The notes under the pieces: model-generated
The model's database searches: none
The model's input: the letters and a program-made list of their open reading frames with translations, nothing else
Told to the model about the DNA's origin: nothing
Shown: positions 53,304 to 64,000 of the stretch, piece by piece
Layout: the number at the start of each line of letters is the position of its first letter
Numbering within the stretch: the first letter of the stretch is position 1
From: Octopus vulgaris
Lineage: Eukaryota
Direction: 5' to 3'
Assembly: GCA_951406725.2 (NCBI GenBank)
Contig: OX597819.1
Span: 90,396,001 to 90,460,000, forward strand
DNA length: 64,000 nt
Made by a program: the position numbers and the translations under genes

Positions 53304-54393
53304 GTGAGTGCTGCCTATTCTTTAATTTGAGAAGTAAAATGGCTGTGAGATTGTGTTTGTTAGGGTACCATTATAAAATCAGAACTTAATATTAACTTTT
53401 GTGTTGTGCCTTTGAACATGGTAATTCTACTTGCTCCAGTGTTTGCTTGACTAAAATGTACCTACAGCTGAATAGCTAGTGGTAAGAAGGGCTGTAAATG
53501 CAGTTATTTTGTTCTCAATAATACTCCACATCCCAAAGTCACATGGAATCAGGTTGGAGAGTTAACAGACCAGATTTCAATGGGAACATTGGCAGTTTCA
53601 CCTTGAAATAATCCTAATCTGAACCTGTGCTAGTGCAGAGTTTTCAGATAGACATAACTTTGCTTGAACCTAAGTCTTTGCATGCAAAATATTGACTCTT
53701 AGTTTACAGTACTCCTAAAATGATATAGCATTTTGAAAATGGTCTTGATGCCCTTTTAGCTTATAACTTCTCCCCAAAATTGTGACCTTAGAAATCAATA
53801 TATTGTAACTGATTCATTTTGATACAGTTATTTGATAAACTCTTGAGTTATGAACACCATTATAACCTAAATATATGAAATTTTCAGTTTACTTTTAAAA
53901 AAAAAGGTGTTTATATATATATACTTAGGTATTGTGAACTTTCCCCTCATAGATAATAGATGAGGGTTTTGCAACTTCTTGCTGAACAACTTGTGCAGAT
54001 GATTTGGTTATAGTGATCAAATGTTTGTGCTCTGCATTTGCTCACTCTTTTCATCAAGTCAACATTACCAGTAGAGGTGCATGGTGTTGAAGTGATTCAA
54101 GCAGTATGAGATGAAATGCTTTGCTCAAGAATACAACGCATGACCTGGTCCAAGAATCAAAACCACAATCTTGTGATCATGAATCCAATATCCTAACCAC
54201 TAGGCCACATGTCCTTACCTATATTAGATATGGAGCTTTTAAAATCAATAAAATCCAATCCAGCTTAATATATTATATGGTTAATTGTAATTCTTTTATA
54301 AAATACCACCAGTACGACTTTTTGAATCAATGATATTGGAGAGGAAGTGTGTGGTCATTCTTTGATGTTTTTTCATTATTTCATTTTCTTTAG

Positions 54394-54458
54394 TAAATGG
54401 TCTTCCACAACAAACTGGCAGCTATCTTCAAAATGGCCAAAATAAATCTGATACAAGT
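54394..54458 (+). CDS. FAM120A: FAM120A exon 5 (low-complexity linker)
   Basis: TTCTTTAG acceptor; NGLPQQTGSYLQNGQNKSDTS; donor GTAAGT, phase 1 to 0; supported by splice sites and phase only. Confidence 0.65.
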
Positions 54459-54804
54459 GTAAGTTTTTAATGTATTGTTCATTATTTAAATTAATTTATT
54501 AAATATTCTGATTAGTAGTTGGCTAATTGTACGAACATTTAAAAATATATTGTCTGTTAAATCTATAAATTATGATAAACTTGACATCAGTTAAAACTAT
54601 AGTCAGGTAATTGAAGACTTAATTTTATATGGTATTGAATTAGCTGAAATTAAAGCTTTTTAAAGTTACTAAAATTAAAACAAGTTTTGTTTTTTCACAG
54701 TTGGAATAAGTAACATTTTGCAGTGTTGTACCTAGAAAAGTTTGTTCTTGTTACATCCTACTTTCCCTGACATAACTCATTTTTCACACCTAAATATTAT
54801 TTAA

Positions 54805-56362
54805 CCCTTTTGTTACTATATTTCTGACCAAAGTACACCCCTCATGAGTTTCACTTAAATTCTAAAATAATCATGAATTTAGACTAGTTTCATTAAACAA
54901 CTGTAACTTTTTTACTTATCAACATATTGTGATTTTTGGGACACAATTGAAGAAAGGGTTCTTTATCAATTCTATTGTATAACTTTTATCTCAAAATGAC
55001 TCTATTTACGGGTAAATACAGGTAAACTGAACAAAATATAGAAATATATTTTGTTTAAACATTACCATAGAAAATGAGTCATAAGCTAATATTCAATTGG
55101 GTATGCAATAAAATTTTAATATAGAACTGTGCACTAGGTTACCAGTTGAATTTAATGCATGTAAGAGCAGGTAAAATAAAATGAAATACTGGAATTTGTT
55201 TTTGAAGAAAGCTAGAAAATTAAATACATCAATTTAATGAAATATACTCACATACATGAATACTCAAGAACATATATAATAAAGATTTACAATAGAAATT
55301 AAATCAAAACTTGCCTCTCGCCTTACATGCAAATTAAAATTACAAATAAATAAAAAGTAAAATCTAAATAAATTTGAAAAATATTGATACAATCTAATCA
55401 TGCATATATAAAATATTCACACAATATTTCTATCATGGAAACTTGTAAAACATCCCACTCTATATACTGCAACCTTGCAGAATGCACATTGGAAAGAAGT
55501 TTCAACTGGCCGTCCACTAGGAGATTTTCTTTGTTGATGTAGATATTCACAGCACTGCTTTTTGTGACCCCCAATTTTTTTCTGCTGAACTCCTGCACTT
55601 ATTTTTTTGGAGAAATAACCTATCCTCAGTCCCATTGCTACATCTGCTCGAAATTGCAGATGGTTGCACTGCTAGCAAGCCCCTCCTGATTTGGTATATA
55701 AGTGCATTTACAATGCTCATGTTTACTCTATACCAAACCAGGTATTGCCACCACTTATTACCTGGTCTACCAACCAGATAACCCATCACTTGGTTTGGCC
55801 AGTCCACACCGCCCATGTACCTGTTATAATCAAGGTTCACAAACAGGGTACTATTTTCATCTACACGTGGTTGTGCACCAATAGATAGAAAATTTATCTG
55901 CCTCTTATGTGGTCGCTAGCAGATTTCCTTTCTGCTGTTGGATTATTTCACCTCTTTTTTTTATATCCAACAGCAGTCCCTTTCTATGAGCAATTGCTGT
56001 AGCATATGTATACATTGTCACAGCTTCTAAATCCATATCTTCCATTAAAGAACCCTCATATTTGGAATTACGGCTTGATAAAATGAAACTCCTATCCATT
56101 TTCAAAGTTGAAATAAATCGACACAGAAAATATGGGAAAAAAATCTCCAAAAATTCACTGAGTTCAGATATCATGTCAAACAATGTTGAATATAACTCAA
56201 CTATTTACAAATTGAAATTACATGTTTTCATGAATGTACTAACGAGATTTGTGTTCAAATTCGCATTTAAATAACAATGGGTACACTTGGCCGGTACAGC
56301 CAGGTTGGTTGTTTGAACCAAGAATTTTTCAGTTGGCTGCAGTCGGGTTGGTATCGGAAAGG
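54805..56362 (-). mobile_element. Internally deleted piggyBac transposon
   Basis: TTAA at both ends; TIRs CCCTTTTGTTAC / GTATCGGAAAGG; DYNRYMGGVD..KWWQYLVWY..SIVNA and Cys-rich C-terminus ETSFQCAFCKVAV..CFTSFH. Confidence 0.88.
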
Positions 56363-56477
56363 TTAAAGGGTTTTTCTCACTAATTATGTCATCACCAATG
56401 AAGTGTTCTTTCAGTTTGTTAGATTATTACTAAAGAAATATAGCCATGTCTAATATGAAAAAAAATTTTTTTTTCAG

Positions 56478-56568
56478 GAAACCTCTGGATATGTTGATAA
56501 TGCTAACCCACAAATTGTTGTTGACCCACCCAATCAGAACATGCATGACTTTGATGCCAATCAGTCTG
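56478..56568 (+). CDS. FAM120A: FAM120A exon 6 (linker)
   Basis: Poly-T CAG acceptor; ETSGYVDNANPQIVVDPPNQNMHDFDANQS; donor G|GTATGT, phase 0 to 1. Confidence 0.7.
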
Positions 56569-57206
56569 GTATGTTTCTATTTTATTCCTGCTCATTTTAT
56601 GCCAAATGGTTTCTATAGCTAAATTTCATTTTCATGAGTTGATGACCTGATGCAAATTCCTACACACAGACACCAGTCATATTCTAAGCTGGCATGAGTT
56701 GGGCTGTTCAGAAGTACGTAAGGATCGGATCAGTAGATGACTTGAGGTGATGGGAAGGAGGGCTGCCATTGACAAAATGTAGTAATGTATTAGGGAAAGG
56801 GGAAATGGAAAGGGTGTTTGGAAAATAAGGGGGTAAGGGATGATATTGAGAATGATTGATAAAAAGTGGTTTCAGGGAGGAGTTGTGGTAGGAGGATGAA
56901 ATATGTGCAGTTCTACTCGCATAACAACAGCTGAGTGAATTGTGCCATAGTCAGTAGTGATGGAGGGTTGGATGTGAAGAAGATTAGTTGTGAGAGTGGA
57001 GGGAGATTCATCGGGGAGAGATTGAGTTCAGAGGCATAGACATGAGTAATATGCTTAGATGGATGCACAAAAAAATGCAAGTCATTTTGTAGCCAGGTCT
57101 TGCAATCTGTTTGTAAAAATTGCAGTTTAAGGTGACTCCTTTGTATGGGAAATTGGAGGTATGTATCTTATTCACTACTGTTGATATTTTGATGTATTTA
57201 TTTCAG

Positions 57207-57253
57207 GTGATTCTAAGAGAAATGATGACACATGGACTCAAAAGTTTCCGCAA
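57207..57253 (+). CDS. FAM120A: FAM120A exon 7 (47-nt linker exon)
   Basis: TTTCAG acceptor; (G)DSKRNDDTWTQKFPQ; donor CAA|GTAATG; restores the phase 0 needed by the next exon. Confidence 0.6.
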
Positions 57254-58021
57254 GTAATGTTATTTCAATATTCTCAATCTTTAAATAATGTTTAATACGT
57301 TAAGTTTATGTGTGAAAAAGTTGGTTTTTTTTTAAATTTCAATCTTTTCATGATTTATAATTTTCACAAGTAGGCTGGCTTAGCATTTCTATGAAGTGGT
57401 TTGTAAATTATGCTGGTATACACCAATTAAAATCACATGTTATAATTTAAATATGAAACCCAAGTCAAAGCAGCTTGCTATTAAAACTGCTCAGAAATTA
57501 TCCTTGGGGCTTTCTTAATAGACAGGACAAAAAGGCCTGTCAAGAAGTTTGAGAATGTAAAGCCTGTTCAGGAAAAGCAGTTGAAATGTGACACTATTAC
57601 ATGAAATTTTAAGTTGTTTGCCCAAGAGAACAGATGAGGAGTATAGTAAAACAAAATAGTGTAAAGAAAATGTCTGCATCACATGTCTTCAACAAACTGA
57701 AGTAAATTGATGCATTTCAGAAAATTAAAATTTTAAAAACATAGCTGTGGTTGAAAAAGTTTCTCTTTACTGAAAAAAAAAATGTAGTACAAAAAAAAAA
57801 AAGATAGAAAAAGTAAACAATCACATCAAAGCTATGTGATTAATTCAAAATAATGAATAAATAAGTGTTACATTTGGCAGTAATCTGAATGTTAATGGGT
57901 TAAGAGTAACATTTGAAAAATTTTTCTTTTATAGTGTAGATATCTAATTAGTAAAAAGATTTAGTGTAATAATGATATTGTACATGCTTTTTCATACATT
58001 ATGCTTATCTTTTTCATATAG

Positions 58022-58168
58022 AATTTGAACAAATGTGTAAAAAATGAGCATTCACAGAATGATGTAGAATTTAAACTTCCCCAAATATCTCCTGAAATTA
58101 TGCGTATAGCCAGTGAAAGACATCAGAAAGGTTTAATGAGTCCCTGGGTGTATCAGTTATTATCTCAG
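58022..58168 (+). CDS. FAM120A: FAM120A exon 8
   Basis: LPQISPEIMRIASERHQKGLMSPWVYQLLSQ matches the conserved FAM120 block; AG/GT boundaries, phase 0 to 0. Confidence 0.88.
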
Positions 58169-58271
58169 GTAAATATTACTGAAACCCTTTTTTTTATTTA
58201 TTTATTTATTTTTTCTTCATTGCTGTCTCCTACTTTTGAGGATTGATTATGAAAATATCTGCTTATTTTAG

Positions 58272-58428
58272 GGTGAAGTCAAATTAGAGGTATGCTTGGA
58301 AGAGGATGTCAGTCGAGACCTTATTTCTTACGTGGAACTATATCGGCCTGTCAGGCAAACTCTTTATTCTGTGCTTTTTAATTTAAATAAACTAAAGATT
58401 ATTCATGAAAATCAAAGTAAAGATAAAG
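58272..58428 (+). CDS. FAM120A: FAM120A exon 9
   Basis: GEVKLEVCLEEDV...LYRPVRQTLYSVLF; TTTTAG acceptor, donor G|GTAAGC. Confidence 0.9.
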
Positions 58429-59129
58429 GTAAGCTATATTTTAGTCTTTATAATGTACTACATATTCCACCCCTTTATTGAGATAGTGTAACATAATTCA
58501 CAATTTATTAGCAAATAATATATGGTCATGTTATATAATAATGTGTTGCTTGATTTTCTGGGTAAAAGAACTATATGTTGATTATTACTTTAAATTCATT
58601 GATTTTTTTCTTCATAGAAATTAAAGGAACATAAATTAGGCTGGAAATAAGAAATGCAAAATTCAGCTGCACAGTTTTTTTTAAGCAATGAATCTTTTGA
58701 AATGAGCAAAATTCTAAAATTATGACTATAAACAGATATAAATTTTATTTTTACTATAACAGTATTATAAGGTTTTAAAAACCTTGTGTCCTTTTTGGGG
58801 GGTGGGGTGCAGATCCTATTCAATGTTGATATTCTTCAAAGTTTACTTTCATGCCACAAGTTGCATATTGTTTTTCATTTATCCATCCATTAGTAATAAT
58901 AATACATTAGGCAGTTACTTTTGTGTTATGGCCTGAACTATTTTTTTCTTGTCTCTTAATTTAAACAAAGAAGTAATTATAATTTTGTTCTCGTTTATCA
59001 CTACCATTCACGACATTATACAGAAAAGCAAACTTGGTAGTCTATAACCATAGTTCTTAGACACGGTTTTGCATTATCATATATCCTTTCCCCAATGACA
59101 ATATAAACTTGTTTTTCATTGTTCTTCAG

Positions 59130-59394
59130 GTGACCAGTCTTCCAAATCCTTCGAGGTCTGTGTCAAAGAATGGGTAGTCCGCAAAGGCGTGTTTAGTCCA
59201 CACTGTGAATACGTTGTTGCACATCCGGTTGACTGGAAAACTCCAAGTATTGAGCGTTTGTGGCTAGGCCAGCAAGCTGATGACAAAAACAGACGATTAA
59301 GAGCATTCCTTACCTGTCTTAAAAGTGATACTCCTTTGATGCTAAACACAAATTATGTTCCACAACATTTACTGCTTATGTGTTGTGTTCACAG
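59130..59394 (+). CDS. FAM120A: FAM120A exon 10
   Basis: VKEWVV...PSIERLWLGQQADDKNRRLRAFLTCLKSDTPLMLNTNYVPQHLLLMCCVHR; donor AG|GTACTT. Confidence 0.92.
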
Positions 59395-60210
59395 GTACTT
59401 TGTCGTTTTTATTTAAAACAGTATAATTTTAGTAGGTTCTTGTTTATTCTGATATGAAGAATATTAATGGAAGTCTCTATTTGGTTCTCTCCTCATCTTT
59501 TTTGGTAACACTATCCATTTATCTTTTACTTGTTCCAGTCATTGAACTGTGGACATGCTGGGGCACTACCTTGAAGGGTTTAGTTGAACAAATTGACCCC
59601 AGTACATTTTAAGTCTTGTACTTATTCTATTGGGTTTTTTTTTTCTGAAGCTAAGTTACAAGGATGTAAACAAACCAACACCAGTTGTCAGGTGGTGAAG
59701 AGGAAACAAACACCTACAAGCTTACCTTGGTCAGGCCAGGGCTATAGTAGAAGACGCCCAAGGTACCATGCAGTGAAACTTAACCTGAAATTACATGATA
59801 GCAAAGTAAGCTTTAGCCACACAGCAATGCTTGTACCTGTTAAAGAAGCATTTTCAGGTTGACCTATTTAGAATAATTAGTTTCCATTAATATCTAAGAC
59901 ATTAAGAGTATAAGGAAAATATCTATATTACCATCATTTGACCATTGAAGCATATTTTTCTCACATTACGTTAATATATATATTGTTCAATACATTGTAT
60001 CTCTATTATCTTTGCTCACACCTCAAGTTCTGCCCTCACCTGTAACATTAACTGCCTTTCTAGCATCAGCAGCAGGAACTTCCCATTCTCTTGTCCTGGC
60101 TTAGCTATTCATATCACATGAATGACTCATCTGCTTCTTTTATGTGATATTCAAACATTTTAAGCCTATTTTATTATTTATTTGTTTGTTTATTTATTTA
60201 CCATTCCTAG

Positions 60211-60319
60211 GTATATTTTACAAAATGGTAGAATTCTACAAAGGCAAGAATTGGATGCTTTCTTAGCAATGGCAGTGTCTCCTCTTCTCCATGACATTCA
60301 GATCATGCAGGATCTAAAA
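60211..60319 (+). CDS. FAM120A: FAM120A exon 11
   Basis: YILQNGRILQRQELDAFLAMAVSPLL; CCTAG acceptor, donor AAA|GTATGT. Confidence 0.9.
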
Positions 60320-61336
60320 GTATGTTTTTCTTTTTCTTTTTTTTCTTTTCTTTTTTTTTTTTTCCAAATTGTTTCCTTCTCATTTACTTTCATTTGATCT
60401 CTATTTCATTTTTTTAAACAGTTTGGTAGGAGTTTTTTATTTGCTTTTCTTTTTATTTATTTTTAATATTAGGAGAAGAGATGAGACTATAGATGAATAC
60501 TGTATGGACATTTGAGAATTTGAACATTTTTTTTCTTAAATAGTTTTAATGTCATAATGACAAAAACTGGTTTCTTGAGGAAAGGTTATATGTGCCTTGT
60601 TTTCTAAATGCTTTATGAATACCAAGTTGAACTGTTTTGTTTACTGGCATAGCATAATTTTACATTAGTTGTCATTATCCTATATGACAAGTAATTGTGC
60701 TAGAATTTACATATTAGTAATGGCAGCAGTGCAGCATAGCACTATTGATGAGAAATATATCTATGCATTAAAGCCAGTATGTGAAACAGAAAGGTATCAG
60801 GTAAAATACATTGGATGTGCAGGAAGAGTCAGATGAAGCTAAAGGGGGGAAAAGTCATGGTTTGACTTAGCTAACTGAATTATTAACCTACACTATTATA
60901 GTAAAACTGATAATGTTGGTTTGTTTGACAGCCCCATCTGTTTTTCACATTGTAATGAGTTGGGTGACTGTTTTTTTAGTTAATTGTGTATGTATACAAA
61001 TTGTGATAATTGTCATTAGAATGTATGATGGGACTTCTATAAAATATCTTATGAAACTAGTTTTTGTTCATATAGATAGTGTAACCTATACACTTTGTAA
61101 TACACTTCCCAAGAGAACAAACTCCTTAAGCACATTCTCAAAGCTTTTTTTCTCCTCGCAGTGCACACTCTCACATGCAGCAACCAGCAGGTATATTTTT
61201 TTTTTTGTTTCATGATCTATGTCAAGTCAAGTAAGCATCAATGAACTCAATTTCTCCTACTGGGAATATTGTGGTTACAGGTTTGTATCTTCCAATGTGG
61301 AGTGACTCAAATATATTTTGGTTTTCTTTCCCACAG

Positions 61337-61543
61337 CTACCATCTATCAGTAACCGTGGAGTTCACTTAGCATCTCTTTTTATGGCTGGAATTGAAACTG
61401 CCATTTTTGCCAATGATATTTGTGGAGCTCCAATTCCATGGACCATGTGTTGCCCCTGGTTATACTTTGATGGCAAACTTTTCCATTTCAAACTTCTGAA
61501 AGCAAATAACAACACTCCTCTCATTGATATGTGTGATGGACAG
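61337..61543 (+). CDS. FAM120A: FAM120A exon 12
   Basis: RGVHLASLFMAGIETAIFANDICGAPIPWTMCCPWLYFDGKLF...DMCDGQ; CCACAG acceptor, donor CAG|GTAAGA. Confidence 0.93.
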
Positions 61544-61947
61544 GTAAGAAAACATTCATTACACACTACTTTAATTTCCTTGTTTGTAACTTGCCCAATT
61601 GTTAGTATATTTTTATAAGTCAGTTAAATAGCTCAGCATAGCTCTCTCATTTTTGAAAACATGGTGTATTCATATTGTACATGTGTATAACCTATTAGTA
61701 ACTTACTTTCTTTGTGCCAAAAGGCAAATATGTTACTCCATCTTGCATAATAGTTCTAGATTATAAATGTTATTTTCAATCTGTTTTCAAAAATATCTAA
61801 GTGCTGACTATGTATCCCGATTTATAAATTTGGTTCAACTTTTGTCTCAATATGACTTCAGTTACAAAGGAAATAGTCCTCAATCCAAATGAATCCATTT
61901 TATATTCTTTCGTTGGAATTTATCACACTTCTTTCTCACATTTTTAG

Positions 61948-62176
61948 GTTGATCAAGTTCTGAAGGTTGAACGAATGAGACAAGCAATCTTAGAAGGACT
62001 GAAAGTAGAATTTGCCAAAGCCCCATTACCTGCTACTGCTCTCTACACCAATTATCCTTTTCCACCCTACTCTAATGTTAACTTCAATCATCGACCTCCT
62101 GGGGCCCCTCCAATTCAACCAAACATTTCTGCTGGTGGACAGAACCAGAACAAAGGTCGAGGAAGAGGCATCCTTG
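61948..62176 (+). CDS. FAM120A: FAM120A exon 13
   Basis: VDQVLKVERMRQAILEGL followed by a Pro-rich stretch and GRGRG; donor G|GTAAGT. Confidence 0.9.
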
Positions 62177-62849
62177 GTAAGTTTTATATTTTTTATGGGG
62201 TAGCATGTATGGTGCATTTAAAGAATGTGGTATAGTGTCTACATGGCACAGCATAAGCAATGGTTGGAATCTAGCTGAAACATATAAACAGCTTGCAGGA
62301 CATTTTTCCTTGAAATTTTACCTTGTTTGTTGAATATCTTATTTTTGATAAGACAGTTTTCCAATGAAGTAGACATGTTAGTTTGTTTCTCTCCTTCCTT
62401 CCAACAAATGAGACAATAAGTTGGGATTCTAATTGCCTAGTCAGTGTAATAACAATATCAATCATTGATTATTTGAAGCCATGATTTTGCAATTAGCAGC
62501 TACTGGTACATTGATTGACTTGCTTTGTTCTCCCTTTGTTTGATATCACTACTCTCAAGTGGTCATATGACTATAATTAAATTTATGCAAATAATCTTAA
62601 ACAAGATATCCTTTTCAAAACAAATGTCAAAATTACTGGAATTGTTGAAGCAAAATAGCTCTGAGAAATTTAAACCCTTTTTTCCATTGAATGTAATAAG
62701 AAGGGAAATGGTTGACATTTTGGACACTATTCCTTCATCAGAAGAGAAGAAAAAAATGAGAATAACTGAAAAAATTTTTTAAAGATATTTTTCTTTTAGC
62801 TGATTGTAAGTTTGAACAGTGATTTATGGAAATTAATTTTTTTTTTAAG

Positions 62850-62997
62850 GTCGTTCGCCTGTAGATGCTCGTGGTGGGCAGTTGGAAATAGCCGGAGTTG
62901 TCGTTGGCAGTTGGGGACCAAATCTTCATGGTGCGGCCCGAGGCCGTGCATCTAACATGGCTCCACAAGTTATGTCAGTTGGAGGACCAGGCAAAAG
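62850..62997 (+). CDS. FAM120A: FAM120A exon 14 (gene continues beyond window)
   Basis: RGGQLEIAGVVVGSWG matches the FAM120A C-terminal RNA-binding region motif; donor AG|GTATTA, phase 2; no stop reached. Confidence 0.88.
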
Positions 62998-63103
62998 GTA
63001 TTATAATTTCATGCACCTTTTAATTGAATATATCTAAAGTGTACTTATATTGATTGTTTTTTTTAAATAATGAAGCAACTTAATCAGATATTTTATTCAT
63101 TAA

Positions 63104-63224
63104 CCCTTTGAGCCTGACCTCCTGAACCTTATTTGGCCATATATCTGACACTCCACAGGTAGAGCGGTGCTATGGTATAAAGAAAAGCCATCCACTGGTA
63201 AACGGGTGTTATGGGCTCAAAGGG
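63104..63224. mobile_element. 121-bp piggyBac MITE
   Basis: TTAA-CCCTTTGAGCC ... GGCTCAAAGGG-TTAA: perfect 11-bp TIRs and TTAA TSD. Confidence 0.85.
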
Positions 63225-63496
63225 TTAAACAAGTTTTTCATCTACAAAATATTTTTGACACATCAGCATGAATAAAATCTATGCTTTGCTGAGGAGGTTT
63301 AAGATCAACACATGCCTAGAGTTATCCCTAATACTTGCTGAACTAATTAAAATGTTAGATATCAGTCATTATGTTAATGTTTTTTTGTTTAAATATTTGT
63401 AGATAGATTATTGATGCTAGTCCATTTTTTTATAAATGGACAAAATATTTAGAGGTTGATTGATCTTTATCAAGACAAGTCCTTAATTTTGTTTAA

Positions 63497-64000
63497 CCCT
63501 TTCGTTACCAAACCGCCCAAAGCCGCCCGAAAAAAAATTTTGGTTTATGAGACCAAAGCCGCCCGAATTTACCTATTCATATTTAAATGAGAATATCAGA
63601 GCAAATCTCTTCAGTACATTCGTGAAAACACGTATTATACTTCGTAAACAGTTCAACTACAGTTTTGTACAATAATCGAAGTGTAATTTTAATTCCGTGA
63701 ATTTTGGGAGATTTTTTTCCGAAATTTGTTCCTATTGTTTTCAAAATTTGTAATTCTGACAAAAAATGGATACGAATTTCATTATATCAAGCAGCAAGTC
63801 AGAATTCGAAGGATTTTCTACTGAAGACCTTCATAAATCTAACTCTATGACTGAAAAAAAAAAGCATGTGGTATTTGATAATGAATCTGATGTTTCATTT
63901 TCCGAAAGTGAAAACAGTGAATCTGAGATCTCCGATAGCGATAAAGAAAACGAATTGGCACCTGAATGGAGTGAAAATTTAAAAACTGTTTTTTTCTGTG
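63497..64000 (+). mobile_element. piggyBac transposon 5' end (truncated by window)
   Basis: TTAA-CCCTTTCGTTACC TIR and subterminal GCCGCCCGAA repeats; ORF from ATG 63766 (MDTNFIISSSKSEFEGFSTED..., acidic) open to the window end and similar to MDRSFILSSRNSKYEGSLMED of the 54805-56362 element. Confidence 0.78.

Overview
AT-rich, repeat-dense eukaryotic DNA. The SINE, RTE and microsatellite landscape resembles an octopus (coleoid cephalopod) genome; this is inferred from repeat style only. One host gene is supported: a + strand FAM120A-family gene (PIN/FEN-like fold RNA-binding protein, 'constitutive coactivator of PPAR-gamma-like 1'). It starts at ATG 25647 and has 14 reconstructed GT-AG coding exons with consistent phases (2471 nt, about 823 codons), a 22-kb first intron, and a 3' end beyond the window. 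The rest is mostly transposon debris: tRNA-derived SINEs, RTE, CR1/L2 and Penelope retroelements, mariner/maT, hAT, Helitron and piggyBac elements, and MITEs. Points worth checking are an apparently open piggyBac 5' end in sense orientation in the last visible intron with phase-compatible AG acceptors, a 245-bp foldback and several inverted repeat pairs in intron 1 (candidate dsRNA/ADAR substrates), degenerate nuclease acidic motifs in the PIN-like domain, and an ETS/ZNF143-like CpG-retaining promoter. I see no clearly novel multi-gene system. Most ORFs in the supplied track are spurious.
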